A stretch of DNA of 58,310 bases from Candidatus Saccharimonadota bacterium (GTDB taxonomy: Bacteria; Patescibacteriota; Saccharimonadia; Saccharimonadales; UBA4665). Made by a program: the position numbers and the translations under genes. The notes beneath the pieces were generated by a model that saw only the letters and a program-made list of their open reading frames with translations, was not told the origin of the DNA and did no database searches. This document shows positions 27,966 to 40,659 of the stretch, piece after piece (within the stretch, counting starts at the first letter, position 1; the number at the start of each line of letters is the position of its first letter). The DNA lies in NCBI GenBank assembly GCA_027340655.1, contig DAHWQR010000003.1, positions 1 through 58,310 on the forward strand, given 5' to 3'.

Positions 27966-28331
27966 ATGATTATCGATTCCATTAAGAAAGCTCTAAGCAC
28001 ACCCCTGAACAGTACCCAGGAGCTGATCCGCTATGAAGCTAAAATTGGCGGATTGTTGTTCGGGCCGGTTCCAAACAAGCATCGCCGGGAATTTTTCTGT
28101 TTAGATGAATACACCTGGGTTTGGCACGAAGAGTGGCCGGATAAACGTGGTCGCCGGCGCAGCCTGACTACCCGTTATGACGTTCGACCAAACGGTGTTT
28201 TTAAGGCCCAAGGTAATAACCCCTACCGTGAAATCAGCCAAGAAGAGCTGCTCAACCTCTACCAGGCTAGCCAGTTATATCGCAAAAAAGTTACTCCTGA
28301 ATTGCAGCGTCTGGCCAACCAAGCCTCATAG
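27966..28331 (+). CDS. Hypothetical protein (Trp-rich, small soluble)
   Basis: 121-aa ORF containing IGG.LFGPVP..HRREFFCLDEYTWVWHEEW; tight spacing with neighbours. Confidence 0.7.
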   Translation: MIIDSIKKALSTPLNSTQELIRYEAKIGGLLFGPVPNKHRREFFCLDEYTWVWHEEWPDKRGRRRSLTTRYDVRPNGVFKAQGNNPYREISQEELLNLYQASQLYRKKVTPELQRLANQAS

Positions 28332-28350
28332 CGGCCGGGTTTTTTAAGGC

Positions 28351-29493
28351 ATGAAACCAATCTATCTGGACTATGCGGCAGCCACCCCGTTAGATAAACG
28401 CGTTGCCGACTTAATGCTGCCATATGCTGCCGAGAAGTTCTTTAACCCTTCGGCAGATTATCAGGCAGCCAGAGAAGTTAAGGCTAGACTGAATCAAGCC
28501 CGCGCTCAGGTAGCCGCAGTTCTAGGCTCTAAGCCCGGAGAGGTGGTATTTTGCGCTGGCGGCACTGAAGCTAACAATTTGGCCATCAAAGGCGTAATGG
28601 AGAGCTATCCGAAGGCCAAGCTGCTAATTTCGGCAGTTGAACACGAATCGGTACTAGCCCCAGCTGCTCTTTTTAAGCACGCGGTACTTAAAGTTGACAC
28701 CGCCGGCCGTCTAGACCTTGAAGATTTGGTTCAACAGCTTGATGAGCGAACGGTTTTAGTAAGCGTCATGTACGCCAATAACGAAGTCGGTACCATTCAA
28801 CCGCTCAGACGAATTGCCGCGATCATTAACGAGCAAAGGGCAAAACGCCGGGCTCAAGGCAATCGGCTACCGCTACTGTTTCATACTGACGCCTGCCAGG
28901 CCGGCAACTTCTTGGATTTACATGTTAGCCGTCAGGGTGTCGATTTAATGACATTAAACGGCGGCAAGGTCTATGGGCCTAAACAGAGCGGCGCCTTATA
29001 TGTGCGCGCCGGCGTAGCCCTAAAGCCCTTAGTTGACGGCGGACATCAGGAGTCCGGCTTACGCTCCGGAACTGAAAATATTAGCGCCGACATCGGTTTT
29101 GCTGCAGCCTTGAGTTTGGCGCAGGAACAGCGCCTCGAACAGAGCGATGCGCAATCTAAACTAAGAGACTACTTTATTAAAAAACTAGAAGAAAATTTCA
29201 AGGCCTTAGTTACTATTAACGGCTCCCAAAAACAGCGTCTCCCTAATAACGTTCATGCCACATTCAAAGGCAAGGACAATGAGGTGATGCTTATTAAGCT
29301 TGATCAAGCCGGTGTTATGGCGGCCGCCGGTTCAGCTTGCAGTGCCGCCCGCAGCGAATCATCACATGCGCTGCTTGCCATGGGCCTATCTGACGATGAG
29401 GCCCGTGCTTCTCTTCGCTTTACTTTAGGCAGAGAGACCACTAAAGCCGAGATCGACCGGGTAATTGACATACTTCAGACCCTTGTCGACTAA
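28351..29493 (+). CDS. iscS: Cysteine desulfurase (IscS/NifS family)
   Basis: YLDYAAATP, GGTEANN, EHESV, ANNEVGTIQP, HTDACQ, K.YGPK, RSGTEN and GSAC motifs. Confidence 0.92.
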   Translation: MKPIYLDYAAATPLDKRVADLMLPYAAEKFFNPSADYQAAREVKARLNQARAQVAAVLGSKPGEVVFCAGGTEANNLAIKGVMESYPKAKLLISAVEHESVLAPAALFKHAVLKVDTAGRLDLEDLVQQLDERTVLVSVMYANNEVGTIQPLRRIAAIINEQRAKRRAQGNRLPLLFHTDACQAGNFLDLHVSRQGVDLMTLNGGKVYGPKQSGALYVRAGVALKPLVDGGHQESGLRSGTENISADIGFAAALSLAQEQRLEQSDAQSKLRDYFIKKLEENFKALVTINGSQKQRLPNNVHATFKGKDNEVMLIKLDQAGVMAAAGSACSAARSESSHALLAMGLSDDEARASLRFTLGRETTKAEIDRVIDILQTLVD

Positions 29494-29522
29494 TTGCTTG
29501 TCTGATCATTCTGGGGTATATT
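29494..29522 (+). promoter_or_regulatory. Putative sigma70 promoter of the F1-like operon
   Basis: TTGCTT (29494-29499), a 17-nt spacer, then TATATT (29517-29522). Confidence 0.5.
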
Positions 29523-29571
29523 AAAACTTAAGCAGAAAGCATAAATAAGCAAAAATGGTGGGATAAAGTAA

Positions 29572-30192
29572 ATGACAATTTGGTGGCTGGCAGTCATATT
29601 AGTATCACTCGTTTCTGCCGGTATTGCTTTCATCTGGATAATAACTAAACTTTCGCGCCTAAGCGAAGCGCCCAAGAATGCCCACCAACAGCTGCTGGAT
29701 GCGGCAAATACTGACGTGGAGCATATCTTCAATGAGGAATTCCGAGAGGAATTACGCAATCGCGGCCGTCTGCACTTTGAGAAGATTATTGGTGAAAACG
29801 CGATGTTTTTGCAGCAGGACCTGCGGCTGACCACCAGCCAGCTAAATGAGTACATGAAGCAAGAGCTGGGCACTAAGCTTAAAGAAGAGTTTGCCAAATA
29901 TGAGGAGTCGATTACCGATGCTAAGCAAATGGCGATCGACTCAATTGAGAAAACCAAGGAAATTATTGAAGAACAACGCCAAATGATGAGCCAGCAAATG
30001 TCGGCTGAGGTTGAAGCTGAGAAGCAGCGCCTAATCGGCCGTTTTGAACAAAATATGGCCGACATCATCAACCATTACGTTTTGGCGGCCATCGGCAAGC
30101 AAATCGATCTAAGCGATCAACTGGAGTACATCTTGTCCGAACTGGAAGCTAACAAGCAGGCAATTGCAGAGGACATTACGCATGGCGCATGA
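29572..30192 (+). CDS. ATP synthase subunit b-like protein (single TM plus long coiled coil)
   Basis: N-terminal TM helix and a long charged helical region; occupies the atpF position before the delta-like gene. Confidence 0.6.
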   Translation: MTIWWLAVILVSLVSAGIAFIWIITKLSRLSEAPKNAHQQLLDAANTDVEHIFNEEFREELRNRGRLHFEKIIGENAMFLQQDLRLTTSQLNEYMKQELGTKLKEEFAKYEESITDAKQMAIDSIEKTKEIIEEQRQMMSQQMSAEVEAEKQRLIGRFEQNMADIINHYVLAAIGKQIDLSDQLEYILSELEANKQAIAEDITHGA

Positions 30193-30685
30193 ACAGCTGG
30201 TATTGCCCCTAAGGGTAATCAGTCAGGGCGATGCCATGCGCTTAAAGCGTGAGCTAGAGGCGCTGAATGATTACGTGCATCAATCCGAACTTCGCGATTC
30301 CGGAGCGGAGCTTAAAAGCTTGCCGAAACCATCTTTGGCACTGAATGATTTAGCCCAAGAAAACAGCCTCAGCCTACTCAAGCACGAGGATCGAGAAGCC
30401 GCTTTAGCGTTTCTTAATCAGCTGGTTGAGAGCGCCCCGATTATTCATATTAGTTTTGCGAGCGAACCTTCAAGCGCTTTCATGGCTAAAATTACGAGAT
30501 GGTTCAGAGATCAGGTAGATCCTCTGTTATTAATTAATGTCGGACTGGAACCATTAATTGCCGCCGGATTTACCCTTCGAACACTTAACCATTACCATGA
30601 TTTCAGTTTGCGCCAGCAATTTAGTAATCAGCGGGAGCTGCTACTTAACGGGATTAAGGAGTCCCAGTCAATTAAGGCCCTATGA
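30182..30685 (+). CDS. ATP synthase delta/OSCP-like protein
   Basis: C-terminal half ISFASEP...INVGLEPLIAAGFTLR...HDFSL resembles delta VTSA.PL...VDP.LIGG..IR...D.S; sits before alpha. Confidence 0.68.
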   Translation: MAHEQLVLPLRVISQGDAMRLKRELEALNDYVHQSELRDSGAELKSLPKPSLALNDLAQENSLSLLKHEDREAALAFLNQLVESAPIIHISFASEPSSAFMAKITRWFRDQVDPLLLINVGLEPLIAAGFTLRTLNHYHDFSLRQQFSNQRELLLNGIKESQSIKAL

Positions 30686-32105
30686 GCGACAATCGTCACT
30701 TCGATCATTTAGTTGAATCCGGCAGCCCGATTGGCGAAGTGGCGGCGGTTAACGACTTTCTGATCAAGATTAGCGGCATGCAGCCGGTTAACGTGCGTTC
30801 GCTGGTCTTGTTCGAAGACGGCAGTAAAGGTTACGTTACCGAGGTCGGCGAACAGTTTACGAGCGTACTTCATCTTGGCACGGACACCTTAACTGTCGGT
30901 ATGCGGGCCGTGGTTCAACACGATGAACTGGTAACTCGAGTAGGGCGGGACTTTATTGGCCGGGTGGTCAATGTTTTTGGTGAGCCGCTAGACGGCAAGG
31001 GACCGATTGCCGCTGAAGCCACTTGGCCGGTATTTAAAGACGCTCCGCCGCTATCTGAAAGATTAGGTCTAAGCGATCAATTGGCTACGGGGGTGAGTGT
31101 GATCGACAGCCTGCTGCCCTTAATCAAGGGTCAGCGTTTGGCAATTCTCGGCGACAGTAAATCCGGTAAGACTGCGCTGGCCACTCAAATAGTCACCAAC
31201 CAAGCGCAAACCGATGAGGTTTCAATCTATGTCTTAATTGCTAAGCGCCGCACTGACATCTCTAATTTATTGTTACGCTTAGAAGCGGCTAAGGTAATGG
31301 ATAATTGCATTGTTGTCGTCTCGACTAGTTTCGACTCTTTAATCGCTAGCTATCTAGCTCCTTACGTTGGCTGCGCACTGGGGGAATATCTTTGGCAGAA
31401 GTGCGACCGCGATGTAGTAATTGTTTATGATGACCTAACCAGCCACGCCCATGTCTATCGCCAGGTAGCCTTGCTTTCCCGCATGAGTCCGGGACGCGAC
31501 TCATACCCTGGAGATATGTTTTATGCCCACTCCAGTCTGCTGGAGCGTGCCGGCCGTCTAAAATCCAACAAAAAAACATTTACCGCAGTGCCGATTGTCT
31601 TAGCCGACAGCGGAGATATTGCCGCCTATTTGCCAACCAATATTATGTCAATTACCGATGGGCAGTGGATATTAGACATGAAAGTCTTTAGGGACACCAT
31701 GCGCCCAGCAGTAAGTGTCGGCTTAAGTGTATCCAGGGTTGGCGGAGTTGGTCAGAATCAACGCCAGAAAGAACTAACGGCCGAAGCTTTGAAACTGCTA
31801 GCCGATTACAGCGAAGCCGAAGAATATGCTCACTTCGGATCGGAACTGGCATTGCAGGCCCAAACCTCGTTGGCTCGCGGCAAAATGCTGTTCCAGCTAA
31901 TGAACCAGCAGATAGACGAACACTACTCAGTGCTGGCACAGACCTTAGCTTTAGATATCGTGCTCCATGCGCCTTTAGACAAGCCACTAAACATTCAAAA
32001 GCTCAAAAGCCAGGTTAACCAGACGGCCCAGGAGTTTAAAAGTGATGCCGATTATGAACACCTTAGAGACAAGTTGCTTAAAGAAAGTTTGGTGGAGCTA
32101 AAGAG

Positions 32106-32109
<4 letters not shown>
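30682..32109 (+). CDS. atpA: Divergent F1 alpha-like subunit
   Basis: GRVVN.FGEPLDG, KGQR.AILGDSKSGKT, YDDL, PGRDSYPGDMFYAHS.LLERAG, TNIMSITDGQ and SVSRVGG motifs. Confidence 0.88.
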
Positions 32110-34263
<2,154 letters not shown>

Positions 34264-34264
<1 letters not shown>

Positions 34265-34527
34265 TGGCCGATCAAACTAAAACTTTGAAGGTCAAAGTGG
34301 CTTCGCCTTACCAGGTATATTTTGACGAGCCGGCTTTATCCATATCCGGAGTTAATAAGACCGGACCGTTTGATGTTTTGCCCGGCCACCATAATTTTAT
34401 TACCTTGCTTCAGCCTTGCGAACTGGTCATTAGGATGAACAACAACGATCAGCGCAAAGTAATCCGGATTAACGGCGGACTGATGCATGTCAAAGCGGAC
34501 ATGGCAAGCGTCTTTCTAGACGTCTAA
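34264..34527 (+). CDS. atpC: F1 epsilon-like subunit (N-terminal beta-sandwich only)
   Basis: LKVKVASP...F, GPFDVLPGH and INGGLMHV motifs; 87 aa with no C-terminal helices. Confidence 0.8.
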
Positions 34528-34565
34528 ATTCGCATTAGCCGTTCCTCTTAGGATAAAATGTCAGG

Positions 34566-35621
34566 ATGAACCGAAAGAAGGTGTTCGTCGGCATGTCCGG
34601 CGGTGTAGACAGTTCACTGGCCGCGGCGCTCTTGCTTGAGCAGGGCTATGAAGTCACTGGGGTGTTCATGAAAAACTGGACCCGCGATCTGCCCGGATTT
34701 GCTTGCGGCTGGGAAGAAGACTTCAAGGATGCCAAGGCCGTTGCGGTGCAACTGGGAATCCCCTTTATGGTTTTCGATTTCGAGACTGAATACCGCCAAC
34801 AGGTTGTCGATTACATGCTGTCAGCCTACCAGCAAGGTCTGACGCCAAACCCGGATATTATGTGCAATCAGGAAATAAAGTTTAAGCTCTTCTTAAATAA
34901 GGCTACTGATCTGGGTGCCGAGCTAATTGCTACCGGACATTACGCGAGATCGATTAATGGCAAGCTGTTAATGGCTGAAGACAAATCTAAAGACCAGAGC
35001 TACTTTCTCTACCGAATCAGTAGCCAAGCACTAAAGCGCACCCTTTTCCCGCTAGGTGAAATGCACAAGAGTGAGGTTCGCAAGGAAGCGGCACGGCGTA
35101 ATTTAATAACCGCCGAAAAGCCGGATAGCCAGGGCATTTGTTTCGTCGGCGAAATCGGCATCAAGCAGTTTTTATTAAGCGAGCTGGGCGAACAACCCAA
35201 AGGAAAGATCGTTGATCAGCGGGGTAAGGTAATTGGCGAGCATGACGGGGCTATCTACTACACGATCGGGCAGCGCCACGGTTTAAACGTCGGTGGCGGT
35301 TTACCTTACTATGTAATCCGCAAAGACATGGCTAAAAACGAGGTTTATGTCAGCAGCGAATTAACTGATCCGGGTCTTTGGAGCAGCGAACTTGGATTAA
35401 CCGATCCCTGGTGGATAAATACTCAGCCGGAGAATGGCAGCGGCTACAGCGTTAAGTGCCGTTACCGCACCGATGCTGCCTCATGCCAAGTATCGATAGA
35501 TAAAGAGGAGGTTAGTCTTAAATTAGATGAGGCGGTGCGCGCTGCCAGCCCCGGCCAATCGGCAGTTATCTACCGCGGCGAACAGGTAGTTGGCGGTGGA
35601 ATTATTAATCGTTGCGCCTAA
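34566..35621 (+). CDS. mnmA: tRNA 2-thiouridylase MnmA
   Basis: GMSGGVDS, TPNPDIMCN, ATGHY, KDQSYFL, DSQGICF and YTIGQR motifs. Confidence 0.97.
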   Translation: MNRKKVFVGMSGGVDSSLAAALLLEQGYEVTGVFMKNWTRDLPGFACGWEEDFKDAKAVAVQLGIPFMVFDFETEYRQQVVDYMLSAYQQGLTPNPDIMCNQEIKFKLFLNKATDLGAELIATGHYARSINGKLLMAEDKSKDQSYFLYRISSQALKRTLFPLGEMHKSEVRKEAARRNLITAEKPDSQGICFVGEIGIKQFLLSELGEQPKGKIVDQRGKVIGEHDGAIYYTIGQRHGLNVGGGLPYYVIRKDMAKNEVYVSSELTDPGLWSSELGLTDPWWINTQPENGSGYSVKCRYRTDAASCQVSIDKEEVSLKLDEAVRAASPGQSAVIYRGEQVVGGGIINRCA

Positions 35622-35646
35622 ACTGCTAAAATACTTAGATTAAACT

Positions 35647-37536
35647 ATGATGACGACTCAAGAAATCCGTACCGCCTACCTGGAGTTTTTTAAAGCCCGC
35701 GCTCACCAGGTAATTCCGCGCTCTTTACTGGTTCCTCAGGAGGATCCAACAACCCTGTTTACCGGCAGCGGTATGCAGCCCTTGCTGCCGTATTTGCTGG
35801 GTCAGGAACATCCGGCCGGGGTGCGTCTGGTCGACAGCCAAACTTGTCTTAGGGCCCAAGATATAGAGGAGGTTGGCGACAACCGGCATACTACCTTCTT
35901 TGAAATGCTTGGCAACTGGAGCCTTGGCGACTATTTTAAGCGTGAACAGATATCCTGGGTCTGGGAATTTATGACCGAGGTCGTCGGCTTAGATAAAGAG
36001 CGTATTTTCGTCAGTTGTTACAGCGGCAACCAAAAGCTTGGAATTCCCAAAGACGAGGAAAGCGCAAATATCTGGAGCGAAGTTTTAGCCAAGTCCGGCC
36101 TCGACACTAAGGCGGTAGACCTGATCAGTACCGATCAGGCAGCGACTTTAGGCGAGCAAGGCGGACGGATTTTCTTCTATGAAGACAAGAACTGGTGGTC
36201 CCGTTCCGGCGGCCCGGAGCAAATGCCGGACGGTGAACCCGGGGGTCCGGATACCGAACTGTTCTATCTCTACCCTCAAGTCAAACACAATCCGAAGTAC
36301 GGTAAATTCTGCCACGTTAATTGTGACTGTGGGCGCTACATCGAGCTCGGCAACTGCGTGTTCATGGAGTACCAGAAGACAAAAGACGGCTTTTCGAAAC
36401 TGCCCAAACGCAATGTCGACTATGGCGGCGGGCTGGAGCGGATTGCCGCGGCCGCACTAGATGATCCGGACGTCTATTCAGTTAGCGTAATGCGCCCGGT
36501 TATTGAAACGCTGGAGCGCTTGTCCGGAAAGACCTACGAGACCGCTACCACCCCGATGCGGGTGATTACCGACCATCTGCGGGCGGCAGTATTTCTAGCC
36601 GTGGACGGAGTTACGCCCAGCAATAAGGAACAGGGCTATGTAATGCGGCGCTTAATCCGCCGCGCGGTGCGTTTTGCCTTTGAACTTGGCATTGAACAAA
36701 ACTTTATTGAAGAAGTCAGCCGTACGGTAGCCGATCTCTATGAAGCCGATTTCCCTGAAATGGCCCAGAGACGAGCAAATGTCATAGAAACCTTAAACCG
36801 CGAAGAAAAACTATTCCGCCAGACCCTAAGGAAAGGACTTAAGCAGTTTGACAAACTGTCCGACAAGGGCCGTCTAAACGGCGAGGACATTTTTACCTTG
36901 TACGATACCTTTGGTTTCCCGGTTGAGTTGAGCGCCGAAGAAGCTGCCACAAGAGGCATTAAGCTTGAAGCGGACTGGAGAGAAGTTTTTAATCAACAGA
37001 TGAAGTTACAGCGTGAACGCTCACATACTGCCGCCAAGGGAACTTTTAAGGGCGGACTCGCGGGGCACGGCGACATCCACAAGAAATATCACACGGCTAC
37101 GCATCTGCTATATAAGGCCTTGCGCGACCAGCTGGGGGAAGGCGTCGTACAGCACGGCAGCAATATTACCGAAGAGCGCCTGCGTTTTGACTTCAGCTAT
37201 CCAAACAAACTAACTCCCGAGCAGATAAAGTCACTTGAGGAAGAAGTAAACCGGCAAATTGAACGCGATCTTGAGGTGTCCTGGGCAGAATATCCAACCA
37301 AGCAAGCGTTAAACGAAATGGGTGCTTTTGGCGCCTTTGGTGATCGCTACGGGGAAATGGTTAAAGTTTATGCTATGACTCCTAAAGGAGAGACCAAAGC
37401 GTATAGCTTGGAAGTCTGCGGCGGGCCGCATGTTGAACATACCGGGCAACTAGGCGAGGGCGGAAAACACTTTAAAATTATTAAAGAGGAGTCTTCTTCT
37501 GCCGGGATTAGACGGATTAAGGCAGTGTTGGCTTAA
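35647..37536 (+). CDS. alaS: Alanyl-tRNA synthetase lacking the C-Ala domain
   Basis: DPTTLFTGSGMQP, RHTTFFEMLGNWS, GLER, DHLR and LYDTFGFP; editing motifs HTATH and CGGPH; ends at GIRRIKAVLA. Confidence 0.95.
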   Translation: MMTTQEIRTAYLEFFKARAHQVIPRSLLVPQEDPTTLFTGSGMQPLLPYLLGQEHPAGVRLVDSQTCLRAQDIEEVGDNRHTTFFEMLGNWSLGDYFKREQISWVWEFMTEVVGLDKERIFVSCYSGNQKLGIPKDEESANIWSEVLAKSGLDTKAVDLISTDQAATLGEQGGRIFFYEDKNWWSRSGGPEQMPDGEPGGPDTELFYLYPQVKHNPKYGKFCHVNCDCGRYIELGNCVFMEYQKTKDGFSKLPKRNVDYGGGLERIAAAALDDPDVYSVSVMRPVIETLERLSGKTYETATTPMRVITDHLRAAVFLAVDGVTPSNKEQGYVMRRLIRRAVRFAFELGIEQNFIEEVSRTVADLYEADFPEMAQRRANVIETLNREEKLFRQTLRKGLKQFDKLSDKGRLNGEDIFTLYDTFGFPVELSAEEAATRGIKLEADWREVFNQQMKLQRERSHTAAKGTFKGGLAGHGDIHKKYHTATHLLYKALRDQLGEGVVQHGSNITEERLRFDFSYPNKLTPEQIKSLEEEVNRQIERDLEVSWAEYPTKQALNEMGAFGAFGDRYGEMVKVYAMTPKGETKAYSLEVCGGPHVEHTGQLGEGGKHFKIIKEESSSAGIRRIKAVLA

Positions 37537-37593
37537 AGCGCCAATTCTTAAGCCTTACTTAAGCGTTCTCGGTGCTATACTGTAGAAGTTATT

Positions 37594-38931
37594 ATGCTTA
37601 GCAAGCTCAAATCGGTCGGTAAAGATACGGCCACTAAACTAGTTTCGACCTCTAAAGGTAAACTACAGAATATTCGCTCTAAGGCCGCCAAGGGTCCAGC
37701 GGGTAACGATCACTTAGTGGCTCTAGATATTGGCACCGAATATATTAAAGCTCTGATCGGCAAGATTAATCCTGACGGCAGTATTGATGTTGTTGGCGTA
37801 GGGCGCAAGCACCAAGCCTTAAGCGACATGCAGGCGGGAGCGATTGCTGACATTGCAGGGGTTGTTGAAAACTGCGACGCTGCTCTAAATGAAGCCGAAC
37901 AACAAGCTGGAGTTAGTGTTCGCCCGGCAATTATTGGTATAGCCGGCGAACTGGTTAAAGGAACGACTACGACCATCCGAGTGGCCCGCAAAACCGCAGA
38001 TAAGACTATCGATTTAGAGGAAATGGAGCAGATCATCCGCTTGGTGCAGCAGCGAGCTGAAGCCCGCGCTAAACAACAGCTGGCCTGGGAAATGGGCGGT
38101 AAAGAAGTCGCCATCCGCCTGGTGAACAGTGCTCTTGTGAGTATCGAGATTGACGGCTATCCGGTAACTAACCCGATAGGTTTTCAAGGTAAAGACGTAG
38201 TGATTCAACTCTACACGGCATTCGCGCCAATGATTCATATTGGCGCTCTAGAGAAGACTGCCGAAGAACTGGACCTAGATTTAATTGCCGTGGCTGCCGA
38301 ACCCTTCGCTGTCGCCCGGGCGGTGATTGGCGATAAACAGAATCAGAACCTAAGCGCCATATTGATGGATGTTGGTGGCGGTACTACAGATATAGCGGTC
38401 GTCGATGACGGAGGAGTGCAGGGAACTAAAATGTTCGGTATCGGCGGACGCGCCTATACCCACGCCGTAGCTAGGGATATGGATGTCACCTTCGAACAAG
38501 CCGAGACCTTAAAACTGGGTTATGGCAACAACCAGCTGCCGCCCCAAAAGCGTCCGGCCGTTGAAACGGCGCTCGAAAAAACCGCCGATGTCTGGCTCAG
38601 CGGCATTGAATTAGCTTTGGCCGAATTCCCCAAACTCGATCATTTGCCTAACCGGATGTTTCTTTGCGGCGGCGGCGCCAGTCTGAGCATGCTGCTGGAT
38701 CGTCTGGAAGGGTCGGATTGGTATAAAAGCTTACCTTTCACCAGACGCCCGAGCGTGAACCTGATTCGCCCTAATCAAGTAGTTGGCATTACCGACACTA
38801 CCGGCAAAGTTAACGATCACACCTACATAACCGCAATGGGACTATTAAGAGTCGGCTTAGACACCATGCAGTTAAGCGGTAGCGATGGCGGCAGTATTCG
38901 TGAGAAACTAGATAGGATGTTAAGCGTTTAA
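37594..38931 (+). CDS. FtsA-like actin-fold ATPase (no adjacent ftsZ)
   Basis: ALDIGT, IIGIAG, IDG...NPIG..G, AEP.A, MDVGGGTTDIAV, AE.LK and LCGGGA motifs. Confidence 0.82.
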   Translation: MLSKLKSVGKDTATKLVSTSKGKLQNIRSKAAKGPAGNDHLVALDIGTEYIKALIGKINPDGSIDVVGVGRKHQALSDMQAGAIADIAGVVENCDAALNEAEQQAGVSVRPAIIGIAGELVKGTTTTIRVARKTADKTIDLEEMEQIIRLVQQRAEARAKQQLAWEMGGKEVAIRLVNSALVSIEIDGYPVTNPIGFQGKDVVIQLYTAFAPMIHIGALEKTAEELDLDLIAVAAEPFAVARAVIGDKQNQNLSAILMDVGGGTTDIAVVDDGGVQGTKMFGIGGRAYTHAVARDMDVTFEQAETLKLGYGNNQLPPQKRPAVETALEKTADVWLSGIELALAEFPKLDHLPNRMFLCGGGASLSMLLDRLEGSDWYKSLPFTRRPSVNLIRPNQVVGITDTTGKVNDHTYITAMGLLRVGLDTMQLSGSDGGSIREKLDRMLSV

Positions 38932-38934
38932 GCT

Positions 38935-40650
38935 ATGGCAGACAATAAGGAAACAATTTACGTAGATGTCGATGACGAAATAACCGTTATCATTGACAAG
39001 GTTAAAGCTGCAAATGCCAGAGTGCTGGCATTAGTCCTGCCAAAACGGGCCAGCGTCCTCCAGTCAATCGTCAACATGAAGCTCTTAAAGCGCTCTGCTG
39101 ACAACGAAAAGAAGAATCTGGTCCTGATCACTAGCGAAGCCGGACTATTGCCTCTGGCTGGCGCAGTAGGCTTGTACGTTGCCAAGACCCTTACCTCGGC
39201 CCCGGAAATTCCGCCTTCACCGGCCATCGGTAGCGATAGCGAAACTGTCGACGAGGACATGAGCGTCATCCCTCTCGAGCCGGAAGCAGAAGAGGAGACG
39301 CCGGATTTAACTAAAGAAGCCGGCTTGGCTACAAGTGTCGGAGCCCTCGATGACGCGGCTAAGCATACCTCAAAGAGCGACCAGGCCTTAGAAACTCTTA
39401 AACTTGATGACGAAGCAGAGCCCAAGCCGGAAGACGGCAAGAAAGTTAAAGCGCCTAAGGACAAGCATCTAAAGGTCCCAAATTTCGATCGTTTTAGGCT
39501 GTTTCTCATTTTAGGCATTGTTGTTATTATCGGGCTGATTGTGCTTGCGGTATTCGCTTTGTCTGTCTGGCCGCATGCAGAAATCTCAATTAAAACTAAC
39601 GCAACAAGCGTTAACACCAGCAATAGCATAACTTTGGATCCCCAAGCCACATCAGCGAACATCGCGAGTGGAGACATTCCAGCTACCCAGGTCAGCGAAC
39701 AGAAGACCTTTACCCAGACCGTGAATACTACCGGCCAGCAAAATACCGGCAACAGCGCCACCGGTTCGGTTACACTCACGGCATCAGATTGTAACCTGAC
39801 CTACCAAGGGAACACCAACTTTACAATCCCAGCTGGTACGGGGATCAGCTATAACAACCTGACGTACATTACTCAGAATGCCACTGTTATGGACTATAAC
39901 GGGCTTGATCACACAAAGACCTGTTTTCAGTACATCTCAAACGGCCCGACAAACATTACCGCGCAAAGCCCGGGCACCGCATATAACGCCCAAATTCAAA
40001 ACGCGACAGTTGCCGCCTATCCGGAAGTGGTAGCTAACGGTTCAGCCAGCGGCGGAACAGATGTATTTGTGCAAATTGTCTCCCAGGCAGACATTACCTC
40101 TGCAACAGCAAAGATTAACGCCAGTAATAATTCTACCGTGGAAGCCGACCTGGCTAGTCAATTAAGAGGACAAAACCTTTACCCAATAAACGTCACTTTC
40201 GCAGCCGGAAATCCGCAAATTACCTCTTCGCCCAGCGTCGGCGCTCAGGGTAGTACGGTTACGGTTACCGAAATTATTACCTTTACAATGTTTGGAGCAA
40301 AGCAATCGGACATTAATGCCATAGTTGATGCTAGCATTCAATCTCAGACCTCCAAGAACCAGAACATCATCTCTAACGGCGTAAACGAAGCCGCGTTTAA
40401 GCAGAACGGCACCAGCGGCACGACAGACGAGGTGACTTTAGCTACCACGGCGGTAGTCGGCCCCAGCATCTCCCCCGCGCAGATTAGGCAAGAAGTGAAG
40501 GGCAAGTCAGCCAATGCTGCAATTGCGGCCATTAAGCAAAACCCGGATATAACCAGCGTAACTATTAAATTAAGTCCCTTCTGGGTAACTTCAGTTCCCG
40601 GCAACACTTCTAAGATAACGGTCAATATTGCAAAACCAAGTACTAATTAA
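38935..40650 (+). CDS. Bitopic membrane protein with an extracellular baseplate-J/gp47-like domain
   Basis: Cytoplasmic N-domain (IYVDVDDEIT), acidic linker, one TM, then ATGSVTL...TIPAGT...ITAQSPGTAYN...GGTD, resembling baseplate J; ends with LSPFWV..VP. Confidence 0.55.
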   Translation: MADNKETIYVDVDDEITVIIDKVKAANARVLALVLPKRASVLQSIVNMKLLKRSADNEKKNLVLITSEAGLLPLAGAVGLYVAKTLTSAPEIPPSPAIGSDSETVDEDMSVIPLEPEAEEETPDLTKEAGLATSVGALDDAAKHTSKSDQALETLKLDDEAEPKPEDGKKVKAPKDKHLKVPNFDRFRLFLILGIVVIIGLIVLAVFALSVWPHAEISIKTNATSVNTSNSITLDPQATSANIASGDIPATQVSEQKTFTQTVNTTGQQNTGNSATGSVTLTASDCNLTYQGNTNFTIPAGTGISYNNLTYITQNATVMDYNGLDHTKTCFQYISNGPTNITAQSPGTAYNAQIQNATVAAYPEVVANGSASGGTDVFVQIVSQADITSATAKINASNNSTVEADLASQLRGQNLYPINVTFAAGNPQITSSPSVGAQGSTVTVTEIITFTMFGAKQSDINAIVDASIQSQTSKNQNIISNGVNEAAFKQNGTSGTTDEVTLATTAVVGPSISPAQIRQEVKGKSANAAIAAIKQNPDITSVTIKLSPFWVTSVPGNTSKITVNIAKPSTN

Positions 40651-40659
40651 AACTGATTT

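Noticed and set aside
29490..30071. 193-aa minus-strand ORF as a possible missing Fo subunit
   Set aside because: Ser/Cys-rich antisense shadow of the b-like gene; no a- or c-subunit motifs.
38958..39779. 273-aa minus-strand ORF and similar long shadow ORFs (3824-4489, 8326-8709, 16259-16678, 17876-18316, 37710-38114, 50856-51289, 57262-57680)
   Set aside because: They fully overlap well-supported genes on the opposite strand and have shadow-like composition.
38935..40650. Prophage or tailocin, suggested by the baseplate-J-like domain
   Set aside because: No sheath, tube, capsid, terminase or integrase genes; the protein has a TM anchor and sits among housekeeping genes.
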